59,145 bases of DNA, from the NCBI GenBank assembly GCA_041594435.1, contig JBFHME010000003.1, positions 1 to 59,145 on the forward strand, in the 5' to 3' direction. The stretch is from Acidimicrobiales bacterium. Its GTDB lineage: Bacteria; Actinomycetota; Acidimicrobiia; Acidimicrobiales; SZUA-35. Below the pieces are notes generated by a model. It saw nothing but the letters and a program-made list of their open reading frames with translations. It had not been told where the DNA came from and did no database searches. The position numbers and the translations under genes were made by a program. Positions 8,998 through 18,805 of the stretch are shown piece by piece (the stretch's first letter is position 1; each line of letters starts with the position of its first letter).

Positions 8998-11064
8998 ATG
9001 ACCGCAGTAATGGATTCCGAGATACCGATCGACCGGGGTGACCCGAACACGGCCGCGCTGGCCGTGCAGGACCTCAAGCTCGTGTACCACGTTCGGGGGA
9101 ACCCGCGCGAGGTGTTGCGCGGGGTCACGTTCCAGATCCGCCCTGGCGAGGCCTACGGCCTTGTCGGTGAGTCGGGTTGTGGCAAGTCGACGACCGCTTA
9201 TGCCGCCCTGCGCTATCTGCCCACCAACGGTGAGATCACCGGCGGAAGGGTTCTGGCCGATGGCCGCAATGTGACCGCCATGGGTGCTTCGGAGCTTCGG
9301 TCATTCCGAGCCACCGAGGCGGCGATGGTCTACCAGGATCCGGTTCAGGCCCTGAACCCGGCTCTGAAGATCGGCAAACAGGTGGCCGAGTGCTACCGCA
9401 TCATCGGCCAGGGCAAGGAGGAAGCCACCGAGAGTGCCCTCCAGGCCCTGACACGAGTGCACATCGCCGACCCCCGCTCGGTGCTCGAGCGGTATCCCCA
9501 CCAGCTATCGGGCGGCATGCTCCAACGTGTCGTGATCGCCATGGGCCTGGCCGGCGATCCGAAGCTTCTCGTGCTCGACGAGCCGACCACCGGCCTCGAC
9601 GCCACGGTCGAGGCTGAGGTGCTCGATCTGGTCCGCGAGCTGCGCAGCCAGACCGACGCTGCGGTCCTCCTGATCGCTCACAACCTGGGTGTCATTCGCA
9701 CCATGTGCGACCGGGTCGGTGTGATGTACGCCGGGCGGATGGTGGAGGAGGCTCCGGCCGACGAGCTGTTCGATCAGCCCCGACACCCCTACACCATCGG
9801 GTTGATGAACGCCATCCCCCGAGCCGGTCTGCGCAAAACCGATCGCGCCCTGTCGACGATACCGGGCAACATGCCGCCGATCGGCAGCGACCTCCCCACT
9901 TGCGTCTACGTCGACCGTTGTCCCCTCGCCTCGGACCTGTGCCGCACCGAGGTCCCGCCGATTGTGGCGCTCAACGATGGCCGCTGGACCCGCTGCCACC
10001 ACAGCGATCAGGTCACCGAGATCACCGCTCCGGAGGAGAAGATCCCGCTCTACGACGTGAGCGACGAGCGGGTCCTCGAACTCAACCACGTTTCGAAGAC
10101 GTTCCGGCAGAAAGGGCGGGACATCCCGGCGCTGGTGTCGGTCGATCTCGGCTTCTCCGAGGGTGAGACGTTGGGCCTGGTCGGTGAGTCCGGATCCGGC
10201 AAGTCGACCCTGGCCAAGGCGATGCTCGGCGTGCACGCCGCCGATCCAGGCAGCGAGATGGTCCTCGACGGCAAACCGATGAAGGCGGAAGCCACGGCCC
10301 GGCGCAGGGAAGCCATTCAAGCCCTTCAGATGGTGTTCCAGAACCCCGATTCGGCGCTCAACCGTTCGTGGACGGTGCGCCGCATCCTCAAGCGTACGGT
10401 CACGACGCTCACTGGAATCAAGGGTGATGCGGCCGACAAGCGGGTCGAGGAGATCGCCGAAGCCATGCGGCTCTCACACCATCACCTCGATGTTCGACCC
10501 CGGCAATTGTCCGGTGGGCTCAAGCAGCGGGTGGCCATCGCCCGCGCCTTCGCCGGTGACCCCCGCCTGGTGGTGTGCGACGAGCCGACCTCGGCGCTCG
10601 ACGTGTCGGTCCAGGCCGCCATCCTGAACCTGCTGGCCAATCTGCAGCACGACGAGCGGATCAGCTATCTCTTCATCACCCACGACATCGGTGTCGTCCG
10701 CTACCTGGCCGACCGGATCGCGGTGATGTACGTCGGGCGGATCATGGAGAAGGGTGCCACCGACGACCTGTTCAAGGGTCCGGTGCACCCCTATACCGAG
10801 GCGTTGCTGTCAGCGGTGCCGAGTGTCGACGGTGTGGCCAAGGAACGGATTCCGCTGACCGGCGAGATCCCCACCCCGGCCAATCCGCCTCCCGGTTGTG
10901 TGTTCCACACCCGGTGTCAGTACCACATGCCGGGGCTGTGCGACGTGGAGGTGCCGCCGGCGGTCGAGGTCAGCGAACGGCACATCATCGTCTGTCACCT
11001 GCCGGTCGACCAGATGCCCACGCCGGTCAAGCTGACCAAGACGAACGGGCAGGCCGCCGTCTAG
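8998..11064 (+). CDS. Fused double ATP-binding-cassette ATPase (DppD-DppF type)
   Basis: Two Walker A sites (GESGCGKST, GESGSGKST), two LSGG signatures and oligopeptide-type C-terminal extensions. Confidence 0.92.
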   Translation: MTAVMDSEIPIDRGDPNTAALAVQDLKLVYHVRGNPREVLRGVTFQIRPGEAYGLVGESGCGKSTTAYAALRYLPTNGEITGGRVLADGRNVTAMGASELRSFRATEAAMVYQDPVQALNPALKIGKQVAECYRIIGQGKEEATESALQALTRVHIADPRSVLERYPHQLSGGMLQRVVIAMGLAGDPKLLVLDEPTTGLDATVEAEVLDLVRELRSQTDAAVLLIAHNLGVIRTMCDRVGVMYAGRMVEEAPADELFDQPRHPYTIGLMNAIPRAGLRKTDRALSTIPGNMPPIGSDLPTCVYVDRCPLASDLCRTEVPPIVALNDGRWTRCHHSDQVTEITAPEEKIPLYDVSDERVLELNHVSKTFRQKGRDIPALVSVDLGFSEGETLGLVGESGSGKSTLAKAMLGVHAADPGSEMVLDGKPMKAEATARRREAIQALQMVFQNPDSALNRSWTVRRILKRTVTTLTGIKGDAADKRVEEIAEAMRLSHHHLDVRPRQLSGGLKQRVAIARAFAGDPRLVVCDEPTSALDVSVQAAILNLLANLQHDERISYLFITHDIGVVRYLADRIAVMYVGRIMEKGATDDLFKGPVHPYTEALLSAVPSVDGVAKERIPLTGEIPTPANPPPGCVFHTRCQYHMPGLCDVEVPPAVEVSERHIIVCHLPVDQMPTPVKLTKTNGQAAV

Positions 11065-11091
11065 GTGTAGAAGCCACGATCACAACGATGA

Positions 11092-11128
11092 CGGTCGCCA
11101 GACCCTCCCTCCGGCGGTCTGGCGACCG
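11092..11128 (+). terminator. Hairpin after the ABC operon
   Basis: CGGTCGCCAGACC-(11 nt)-GGTCTGGCGACCG forms a 13-bp perfect stem 28 nt after the stop. No T-run. Confidence 0.5.
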
Positions 11129-11241
11129 CGGTTGACAAGACGGCGCCGACGGTCGCCCGGATACATGCTTCTCAACGGTCTCCTCCCCACGGTCTCCGAC
11201 CCGGATGTTCGACGGGCTGCGCCGCGTCATACCATGGATTG

Positions 11242-12363
11242 ATGCGATCCGGTTCCCGATCATTCGACGCGGCCATCTTCGACATGGACGGGCTGCTCCT
11301 CGAATCGGAGTCGCTGTGGCGGCAGGCCGAAGGTGAGGCGGCGGCCGGCCTCGGGCTGCCACTGACCGACGCCGACTTCGCCGAGACCACCGGCGTGCGC
11401 ATGCGCGATGTCGCCCGAATCTGGTTCCGCCGCCACCCCTGGGAGGGCCCGAGCCCGGACGACGTGGCCACGACGGTGATCGACCGTGTCGTCGAGCTCG
11501 TGGCCGACGCCGAACCGCTTCCCGGCGTGGTCGATGCGCTGGAGCTGTGCGCATCCCGTGGTCTACGCCTTGCCCTCTGTTCCTCGTCGGACCGCCGGCT
11601 CATCGATGCGGTGTTGCGGGCCCTGGAACTCGAACCGTACTTCGAGTTGAGCCACTCCGCCGAGAGCGACGAGTACGGGAAACCCCATCCTCAGCCCTAC
11701 CTGAGCACCGCGGCCAAGCTGGGTGCCGAGCCTGGTGCGTGTTTCGCCCTGGAGGACTCGGTCGCGGGTTGCCTCTCGGCGAAGAGCGCCGGTATGACGG
11801 TGGTCGCCGTGCCCGAGCCGGGTGCTCGGGGCCGTCCGGGATTCGGTATCGCCGACCTGGTGATGGAATCGCTCCGGCACTTCGACGGGGAGACGCTCGA
11901 CCACCTCCTTTCCGGCGTGCCCGGCCCGAACATGGCGAGGCCCCGCTTTCACCTGGCTTTTCCGGTCGACGACCTGGAGGCGGCCCGCCGCTTCTATGGC
12001 GGTGTTCTGGGTTGTCGGGAGGGCCGCTCGGCCGACACCTGGGTCGACTTCGACCTCTGGGGTCACCAGGTCGTCGCCCATCTCAGCGAGGAGGTTCGGG
12101 TTCCGAGCACCAACGCCGTCGACGGGCACGACGTCCCCGCCGAACACTTCGGGGTTCTGCTGCACCGCACGGCCTGGCTCGACGTTGTCGAGCGACTGAA
12201 GCAGGCCGGCACCCGGTTCATCATCGAACCGACGGTTCGTTTCGCCGGGCTGCCGGGTGAGCAGCGCACCTGTTTCGTGCTCGATCCCGCCGGCAACGCG
12301 CTCGAGTTCAAGGCGTTCAGCGACGATCGCCAGGTCTTCGCCCGGAACAGCGAACACGGCTGA
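11242..12363 (+). CDS. Fusion protein: HAD-superfamily phosphatase (N-terminal) plus VOC/glyoxalase-fold domain (C-terminal)
   Basis: HAD motifs FDMDG, CSSS, GKPHP and EDS. From about residue 230, [27 protein letters not shown]... is a VOC fold. The ORF begins at TTG 11239; ATG 11242 is more likely. Confidence 0.8.
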   Translation: MRSGSRSFDAAIFDMDGLLLESESLWRQAEGEAAAGLGLPLTDADFAETTGVRMRDVARIWFRRHPWEGPSPDDVATTVIDRVVELVADAEPLPGVVDALELCASRGLRLALCSSSDRRLIDAVLRALELEPYFELSHSAESDEYGKPHPQPYLSTAAKLGAEPGACFALEDSVAGCLSAKSAGMTVVAVPEPGARGRPGFGIADLVMESLRHFDGETLDHLLSGVPGPNMARPRFHLAFPVDDLEAARRFYGGVLGCREGRSADTWVDFDLWGHQVVAHLSEEVRVPSTNAVDGHDVPAEHFGVLLHRTAWLDVVERLKQAGTRFIIEPTVRFAGLPGEQRTCFVLDPAGNALEFKAFSDDRQVFARNSEHG

Positions 12364-12385
12364 TCGCCGGCGCCGCCGGCGGACT

Positions 12386-12422
12386 CGATGGAGCGACCCG
12401 GGTGATCCGGGTCGCTCCATCG
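12386..12422. terminator. Bidirectional terminator hairpin between convergent genes
   Basis: CGATGGAGCGACCCGG-GTGAT-CCGGGTCGCTCCATCG forms a 16-bp perfect stem between stop 12363 (+) and stop 12444 (-). Confidence 0.6.
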
Positions 12423-12443
12423 TTGCATGAACGGCGGACGACG

Positions 12444-13793
12444 TCAGTCGGTGATCGACCCGCCCGACTCCCGTGCCACGCGCTCTTCGGCCGCGCCGGC
12501 CGAATCGCCCTCCGGCTCCGACAGCTGCGGTCGACCGCTCACCGGCCCGCGACGGGCGACAACATCCAGAATGTTCACCCCGGTGGCCGTCTCGATCTGC
12601 TCGGCGATCGAGACGACGGCGGCCGGCATCTGCTTGGCCACGCCGCCGATTCCACCTTCGCCACTGCCGTTGTCGATCACGGTCACCTTGTCGATGTCGA
12701 TGCCGTTGACCGTCTCGGTGATCAGTTCGACGATCTCGGGCAGCATCTTGAGCATCAGGATGTCCCGAGCTTCGGGTCCGGCGGCCGCGTACTCCTCCTG
12801 GAGCCGCTTGTACACCTCCACCTCGGCCTTGCCGTCCTCGATGATGCGGGCTGCTCGACCCTGGGCCTCCAGCTGCATGGCCTGGAGCTGGGCCCGGGCG
12901 GGCTCGAGCACATCGGCGGCGAGTCGGCGCTTCTGCAGTTCGATGCGTTGCTCCTCGAGGTGCTGCTGGGCTTCGACACGGGCCACATCGGCAGCCACCT
13001 CGGCTCGCTCCTCCGAGGAGTGCGCCTCGGCCTCGAGTTCGGCCCGACGGACACGAAGTTTGTTCTCCTCCTCGGCGATGACGAGGTCGGCCTGGACCCG
13101 GGCCAGCTCGGCCCGCTGGCGACCGGAGGCCTCGGCCTCCTCCGCCTCAGCCGCCTGATCGGCCTCGGTCTCCCGGGCCTCCCGCAGCACGTTGGCTGTG
13201 CGGCGACGACCGACCGCTTCGAGGTAGCCGACCTGGTCGGTCACGTTCTGGATCTTGAGCACATCGAGTTCGAGCCCGAGCGTGCGGATGTCGTCGTCAG
13301 CCTCGTCGATCAGGGTCTGAGCGAACTTGAGACGGTCCTCGTTGACCTCTTCCGGGGTCAGCGTGGCCAGTACGCCACGAAGGTTCGCCTCCAGGTTCTC
13401 CTTGGCGATCTGCTGGATGTACTCGGCGGGCCGGGTGAGGAACCGCTCGACGGAGTTCTCGAGCACGCCCTCACGACTCGAGACCTTGATGTTGGCCACG
13501 CCCTGGACATCGAGGGGAATGGCTCCCTTCGAGTAGGCGTTGCTGACCGACACCTCGATGGCGATCGTGTTGAGATCCATGAAGTCGACCTTCTCGATCA
13601 ACGGTATGCGCAACGTCCGGCCACCCTTGATGACCCGATAGCCGACCGACCGTCCGTCGGAGAGCTGGCGTGTCCGACCGGAGACGACGGCAACCTTGTT
13701 CGGTGGACAGATGACGATCAGACTCCGGACGGCGAAGGCCGCGGCCATGATGATGGCAACGACGAAGACAGCAATGACCGCAATGAATTCCAT
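12444..13793 (-). CDS. Flotillin / SPFH (band 7) domain protein
   Basis: N-terminal TM segment, SPFH core (PNKVAVVSGR...IPLDVQGVANIKV) and a long E/A/R-rich coiled-coil flotillin region. AAGGAGGAG SD. Confidence 0.88.
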   Translation of the reverse strand: MEFIAVIAVFVVAIIMAAAFAVRSLIVICPPNKVAVVSGRTRQLSDGRSVGYRVIKGGRTLRIPLIEKVDFMDLNTIAIEVSVSNAYSKGAIPLDVQGVANIKVSSREGVLENSVERFLTRPAEYIQQIAKENLEANLRGVLATLTPEEVNEDRLKFAQTLIDEADDDIRTLGLELDVLKIQNVTDQVGYLEAVGRRRTANVLREARETEADQAAEAEEAEASGRQRAELARVQADLVIAEEENKLRVRRAELEAEAHSSEERAEVAADVARVEAQQHLEEQRIELQKRRLAADVLEPARAQLQAMQLEAQGRAARIIEDGKAEVEVYKRLQEEYAAAGPEARDILMLKMLPEIVELITETVNGIDIDKVTVIDNGSGEGGIGGVAKQMPAAVVSIAEQIETATGVNILDVVARRGPVSGRPQLSEPEGDSAGAAEERVARESGGSITD

Positions 13794-13851
13794 ATTGCTC
13801 CTCCTTGAAGAGAACCTGGCAGTTGGGCGACGGGCAGCACCGGTGGCTCGA

Positions 13852-14481
13852 TCATTCGAGGTCGATCAGGGATGCGACCCGGGCGATCCCGTCCTGAATC
13901 TCCACCACCACGACCTCATGACCCTGCTCGAAGGCCTCGCCGTCGTATGATTCGGCCACCAGGTAGTGGGGCTGGCCGGCCAGATCGATTCGGATCCGGC
14001 CCCGATGGCGCGTATCGATCGGCACGGTGACCGAGGCGGGGCGTCCCTCGAAGGTCCGCTCACCCACCTGCGACGTGATCTCGGAGGCCTTGAGCAGCCC
14101 GAACAGCGTCGAGTTGGCCACCGCAGCGATCACACCGAGGATCACGGCGGTGACGAGGGTCAGGACGACGTTGTAGCCCAGCCCGGTGAAGACCAGGCCG
14201 GCCGCTCCGAAGAAGGCGGCAAAGAACACGATCGAACGAAACGACAGCAGGCTGCCGACGATGGCCTGGCCGGCGTCGAGACCGGCGGACACCGGCGAGT
14301 GCGAATCCGATCCGAGATCGGAATCCATATCCATGTCGGCGTCGAAATCCGCATCGAAATCCACATCGGTGTCGAGTTCGAGGTCGCTGTCGACCTCCAT
14401 GTCCGATCCCAGGCCGCCCAGAATCATGGGAATCAGAAAGCTGCCTCCGAAGATGGCGGATGCGAGATAGATCCAGAACAC
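13852..14481 (-). CDS. NfeD-like membrane protein (flotillin partner) with a poly-acidic loop
   Basis: TM segments plus a C-terminal OB-like tail (GRPASVTVPID...GHEVVVVEIQDGIARV). Sits directly upstream of flotillin, as in YuaF/FloT-type pairs. GTG start with GGAAAGGGAAG upstream. Confidence 0.65.
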   Translation of the reverse strand: MFWIYLASAIFGGSFLIPMILGGLGSDMEVDSDLELDTDVDFDADFDADMDMDSDLGSDSHSPVSAGLDAGQAIVGSLLSFRSIVFFAAFFGAAGLVFTGLGYNVVLTLVTAVILGVIAAVANSTLFGLLKASEITSQVGERTFEGRPASVTVPIDTRHRGRIRIDLAGQPHYLVAESYDGEAFEQGHEVVVVEIQDGIARVASLIDLE

Positions 14482-14550
14482 GGGACTTCCCTTTCCGATT
14501 ACGAGTCGGTTGTGGTTGCTGCAAACAGGTGTGGGTTGACGGAGCGGCGG

Positions 14551-14898
14551 CTAAGAGGGTAGATGTGAGGCGAGAATCGTCTCGACGCCTTGGTTGACGG
14601 TGCGCCAGTCGTCGATCCATTCGGTGAGGACTTCGCGACCGAGATCCGTGGGCTGGTAGACCTTGCGAGCGGGGCCGCTGGCACTGGCGACGAGTTCGGC
14701 CTGCACGAGATCGTGCGTCTTCAACCGTTTGAGCACCAAATAGATACTGGCTTCGCTTCCGGCCGGCATGCCTGCTTCCTCGAGTTTCTGGAGAAGCTCG
14801 TACCCGTAGGACGGCGAATCGACCAGACACCCGAGCACGCACATGTCGAGCACGCCCCGCATGATCTGGGCGTGGTGCCCGTTTGAGCTCATTACCAT
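14551..14898 (-). CDS. PadR family transcriptional regulator
   Basis: GVLDMCVLGCLVDSPSYGYELLQKL...SIYLVLKRLKTHDLV is a winged-helix PadR signature. Confidence 0.88.
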   Translation of the reverse strand: MVMSSNGHHAQIMRGVLDMCVLGCLVDSPSYGYELLQKLEEAGMPAGSEASIYLVLKRLKTHDLVQAELVASASGPARKVYQPTDLGREVLTEWIDDWRTVNQGVETILASHLPS

Positions 14899-14904
14899 AC
14901 GGAG

Positions 14905-14933
14905 ATTATTACATTGCGACGTTAGGTAGTCAA
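14905..14933 (-). promoter_or_regulatory. Candidate promoter giving a leaderless padR mRNA
   Basis: On the minus strand: TTGACT (14933-14928), 17-nt spacer, AATAAT (14910-14905), then 6 nt to ATG 14898. There is no SD. The region is AT-rich. Confidence 0.5.
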
Positions 14934-15045
14934 GGTAAAAAGGTATAGGTCATCGATTCGTAGCGGGAAGATCGCCCGATGATGACCACGTCTCAACCGG
15001 CAGCTTCCGCGCCGCCGTTCGCCGGATCCCGACATCCGCGTTAGG

Positions 15046-15924
15046 GTGCAGATCGTGCCTGACAAACCACTGCAGATTCTGGTCACGAACGACGACGGCG
15101 TCGACTCGCTCGGCCTCCATGAGCTCGCCCGATCGATGGTCGACCTGGGTCAGGTCACCGTGGTCGCCCCCAACTCGGAATATTCGGGGGCCGCCGCATC
15201 CATCGGCTCCATCTTCGACGACGACAGGGTGGTCCACGAGGCTCGAATCGAAGGCATCGACCGGGCGTGGACGGTCTCCGGGCCACCCGCTCTCTGCGTG
15301 ATGTACGCCCATCTCGGAGCATTCGACTTTCAGCCCGATCTCATCGTCAGCGGTATCAATCCGGGCGCCAACGTCGGCCGTTCGGTGTACTACTCGGGCA
15401 CCGTCGGTGCAGCGGTGACCGGCCGCAACTACGGGATCCCCGGCGTGGCGGTGAGCCAGGCTGTCGACAGCGGTGCCGTGGAAGGCCAGGCTTGGGGTGA
15501 GATCGTGGCCCAACTCGACTGGGCCACGGCGGCCACGATCGCCCGGCGGGTCGTCGAGGCCATCCTGCCGGAGACACGGGTCGCTCACCGGCCGGGAACG
15601 GCACCGGTCATCAACATCAACGTTCCCCCTCGGTCACTCGATGAGATCGACGGCTGGGCGTGGACGAGTGTTGCACCGGGGCCACAGCGGACCATGAGCA
15701 AGGTCAACCTCAAACCGAAGCCGGGCCATCTCGCCAGCTATGACGTCGAGTTCGAATTCGGCCCGGCTGACGAGCACCCCGCCCCCGACACCGACGTGGC
15801 CGTCATCTCCGAGCGGGTTTCGGTCAGCTACATCAGCACCATGAGTGCGCTCGACCCGGCGGCGATGAACGCCACCGAGGCCGTCGTCAAGTCGCTCGAC
15901 GATCTCTTCAGCCCTCGCCGGTAG
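15046..15924 (+). CDS. surE: 5'/3'-nucleotidase SurE
   Basis: ILVTNDDGVDSLGL...VAPNSEYSG is the SurE signature. Start is GTG 15046 or GTG 15055. Confidence 0.88.
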   Translation: MQIVPDKPLQILVTNDDGVDSLGLHELARSMVDLGQVTVVAPNSEYSGAAASIGSIFDDDRVVHEARIEGIDRAWTVSGPPALCVMYAHLGAFDFQPDLIVSGINPGANVGRSVYYSGTVGAAVTGRNYGIPGVAVSQAVDSGAVEGQAWGEIVAQLDWATAATIARRVVEAILPETRVAHRPGTAPVININVPPRSLDEIDGWAWTSVAPGPQRTMSKVNLKPKPGHLASYDVEFEFGPADEHPAPDTDVAVISERVSVSYISTMSALDPAAMNATEAVVKSLDDLFSPRR

Positions 15925-15940
15925 CGTTCGTCGACCAGCA

Positions 15941-17332
15941 CTAGCGCGGCGGCACCAGCACGAGCCAGCGCGGTATCAACTCGCTTACCGCGATCTCGAC
16001 GACCGACCGATCCGGCCGACCGTCGAGGTCGACGACGGTCACCGGCGACACGCGGGGACCGATGCCCGCACCGTCGGCCATCGCCAGCACATTGGCCCGG
16101 TTGGTGGCGGTGAGCGTGGTGGCGTTCGCCGCAACCATCGGCACGAATCGACCGGTGCCGTGGTCGGTCACCCCGTCGCTTTCGAGAAGGAGAACCCGAT
16201 CGGCGTCGGCCACGAGCCTCACGTCAAAGGGACCACCGACCGGTATCGGCAGCCGTTCCCCGTCGCCGGCCGCCTCCCCTCGGCGCTGCAGCACCCAGTC
16301 GCAATCGTCGGGCTGCCGGCACTGCTGGCCGACGACTGCGTCATGCGATGCCGACGAGGCGAACAGATCGCCGACGCGGACCCAGCGTCCGTCGACCCGT
16401 TCGAAGGTCCCCGACCCGACGGTGGCGACCACCTCGGGTCCGCCGAAGACGGTTTCGGCCAGCGCGATCGAATCGATCACGGCACCGTCGGCAAGGTCGA
16501 GCTTGACCCAGGTTTGAGGATTGGCGTTGTTGTTCGGCCACCAGACGGCCGCCAGGGTACCCTCCTCGACCACGACCGGCCGATCGGCCGATCGGCCGCG
16601 GGTGAACATCCTCTGCAGGGCCGGCACTTCGACGATCTGGCCGAGCGACCGGTCCAGGTCGTCGGGGGAGAACCAGGCCAACCGCGAGTTGCGGTAGACG
16701 AGGAGTCGGCCGTCGACCATGGCGATGGGTGCACCCACGCTGTCATGACGGGCTTGGTCCCCGGTCCCCAGATCCACCTCGACGATCGTCAGGCCGTCAC
16801 CCACCAGCAACCGCCAGCCGTCGGCGTCGAGGTTGCCGACCGACGCCGGCGGCTCCGCCGATGATTCCGCGGCATCGTCATCGTCGGGCGTGGGCTGTTG
16901 TGGTGTCGGGGCGCTGCCCGACGTGGTCGACGACGAGGATGATGCCGGCGGGAACGTCGACGGCACCGACTCGACCACCTCGCTTTCGGTCGGATCGGCC
17001 GACTCCCCGATCGACGGCGCCGCGTCGTCGATCGTCCGGGTATCGCCGCTCGGCCGGCTGATGATGAACCACGCACTCAACACCGCGGCAACACCGGCCA
17101 CGACGGCCAGCCATTCGGGCACTCCTTTCCGGTGCGCCCTTCCGTCGATCGATGTCGCTGGGTCCGGCGCTGCTGATCGTGCTCCCGGACCGACCTGGTC
17201 GAGCGGCACGGACTCGTCGCCACGAGCGGCGTCGGCCGGCAGGCCGCAGTGGGCACAGAACCGGGCGTTCGTCACCAACGACGCCCCGCAGCCGGAGCAC
17301 AGGCTCACCGCGATCTCCTCCGGGCCGCTCAT
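15941..17332 (-). CDS. Zinc-ribbon / single-TM / large extracytoplasmic-domain protein (paralog A)
   Basis: CSGCGASLVTNARFCAHCG (CxxC-x11-CxxC), TM segment WLAVVAGVAAVLSAWFII, a S/P/D-rich linker, then about 300 aa of beta-rich domain. G/C third-position bias drops upstream of ATG 17332, which supports this start. Confidence 0.7.
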   Translation of the reverse strand: MSGPEEIAVSLCSGCGASLVTNARFCAHCGLPADAARGDESVPLDQVGPGARSAAPDPATSIDGRAHRKGVPEWLAVVAGVAAVLSAWFIISRPSGDTRTIDDAAPSIGESADPTESEVVESVPSTFPPASSSSSTTSGSAPTPQQPTPDDDDAAESSAEPPASVGNLDADGWRLLVGDGLTIVEVDLGTGDQARHDSVGAPIAMVDGRLLVYRNSRLAWFSPDDLDRSLGQIVEVPALQRMFTRGRSADRPVVVEEGTLAAVWWPNNNANPQTWVKLDLADGAVIDSIALAETVFGGPEVVATVGSGTFERVDGRWVRVGDLFASSASHDAVVGQQCRQPDDCDWVLQRRGEAAGDGERLPIPVGGPFDVRLVADADRVLLLESDGVTDHGTGRFVPMVAANATTLTATNRANVLAMADGAGIGPRVSPVTVVDLDGRPDRSVVEIAVSELIPRWLVLVPPR

Positions 17333-17432
17333 GGGTTGTCGACCCCTTCGGTCACGGATTCGGTCTTGAGGGGAGAGCCCGGAGTGTCGACGGGAAGCAC
17401 GCCGATCGCCCCCGTTGCGAGGTGGCACACGA

Positions 17433-18743
17433 TCATTCGCCGCTGCCCGGCTCGGGTACGAAGACGACCTTGGAAATCCTCGACCGACGATTCAATTCAA
17501 CGTTCCAGGAAACGTCATGGAGCAGATCGTGGATCTGCACATCACCGCTGTCGGTTGAATCGATGGCGGCAAGGAACCGCCCGTCCGGTGTGAGATCGTC
17601 GGGTATGGTCGGCTCCCTGCCGCTCTCGATCCCCAGCAGATCCGGCAGGGTCTCGCCCGTTTCGGTATCGACGAACACCCGGCCTCCCGGCCCGAACGTC
17701 ACGGCGACCGCCGCTCCCGGTCCGAGCAGCCAACCGCCGGAGCTTTCGAGAAGGGGTCGTTCGATCTCCTGGCCGGTCAACCGGTCGAACCAGTAGCGAC
17801 GGCAGCGATCGGGGGCGTCACACTCCTCGACGATGATGAGCCGTTCCCCGTAGAACCGAACGGATCCGTCGACAAGTGGCCGAAATCCCTGCGACGACAA
17901 CTCGAACAACCCCGCCCCCGGGACCTCGACGAGCCCGTAGGATCCGAATGAGCTCACCGGGGCCCGCTGCTCGGACCCGGTCAGGAGATCGACGCGGATC
18001 ATGAACAATTCGGGATCGGCCGCCGAAGAGAACACAGCGGTGGTGAGGTGCGCCACACCACCGGAGGTCATCATTGCGGCGACGAGATCATGCCCGGGTT
18101 CTGCGGGGGCGGCGACCGGCACCGGCTCGGCGTCGAGATCGTCGAGCGACCAGGCGTCGATACCGAGGTCGCGGTTGACGACGAAGAGCCGCCGCTCGAA
18201 CGCTCCGAGCAGGTGACCCCTCATCTCGCGGACGTCGACCTCACCGCTCGAGAGATCGATTCGCAGCAGCCGATCGCCCTGTTGGGCGTAGAGTATGTAG
18301 CCCCTCAGAGCCGGGTCCAGGTCGGCAACCTCGACCCCGGCCGACTCGGGGTGGTCGGCGGTGATCGTCGAGAGACTCGCGCCGCCGCCGGTGGCGTTGC
18401 CGACCGATGCCGCCGCCGTCGTCGGAGGTGACTGGGACACGGCGTCGAGACCGCCGGCCAGTCCCTCGACTTCGGTGGTCGGCGCCCGGAACAGGTTCCA
18501 GGCGACGGCGGCCAGAATCAAACCGGCGGCCGCCACCGCCCAGGGATGGTTGACCCCCCGCTTGGCCACCGGATGGCGAACGGCGCCGTCATCGGATTCG
18601 CTCGACGTGAGCCAGTGCGACTTGTCGGCGCCCGTGACGATTTCCGCTCCGGCTTTGGCCGGCGAGACGAGCGGCAGCCCACATTCCGAGCAGAACCGAG
18701 CCGTCGACGCCGACTCGTGGCCGCAGCTGGTACAGGAGCTCAC
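17433..18743 (-). CDS. Zinc-ribbon / single-TM / large extracytoplasmic-domain protein (paralog B)
   Basis: CTSCGHESASTARFCSECG zinc ribbon, TM segment WAVAAAGLILAAVAWNLF, and the same architecture as paralog A. GTG start. Confidence 0.7.
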   Translation of the reverse strand: MSSCTSCGHESASTARFCSECGLPLVSPAKAGAEIVTGADKSHWLTSSESDDGAVRHPVAKRGVNHPWAVAAAGLILAAVAWNLFRAPTTEVEGLAGGLDAVSQSPPTTAAASVGNATGGGASLSTITADHPESAGVEVADLDPALRGYILYAQQGDRLLRIDLSSGEVDVREMRGHLLGAFERRLFVVNRDLGIDAWSLDDLDAEPVPVAAPAEPGHDLVAAMMTSGGVAHLTTAVFSSAADPELFMIRVDLLTGSEQRAPVSSFGSYGLVEVPGAGLFELSSQGFRPLVDGSVRFYGERLIIVEECDAPDRCRRYWFDRLTGQEIERPLLESSGGWLLGPGAAVAVTFGPGGRVFVDTETGETLPDLLGIESGREPTIPDDLTPDGRFLAAIDSTDSGDVQIHDLLHDVSWNVELNRRSRISKVVFVPEPGSGE

Positions 18744-18805
18744 AGTACTTCAACACTAGTGGCCCCCCGGTGCGACGGGAATCCGGCCCCTGCGGTGACG
18801 CTCGA

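Noticed and set aside
11175-11197. Direct repeat ACGGTCTCC x2 (14-nt spacing) upstream of the HAD-VOC gene, and GATACT x2 at about 3443-3459 in the sucC divergent region.
   Set aside because: There are only two short copies of each, which is compatible with chance in a biased-composition genome. No supporting promoter geometry was found.
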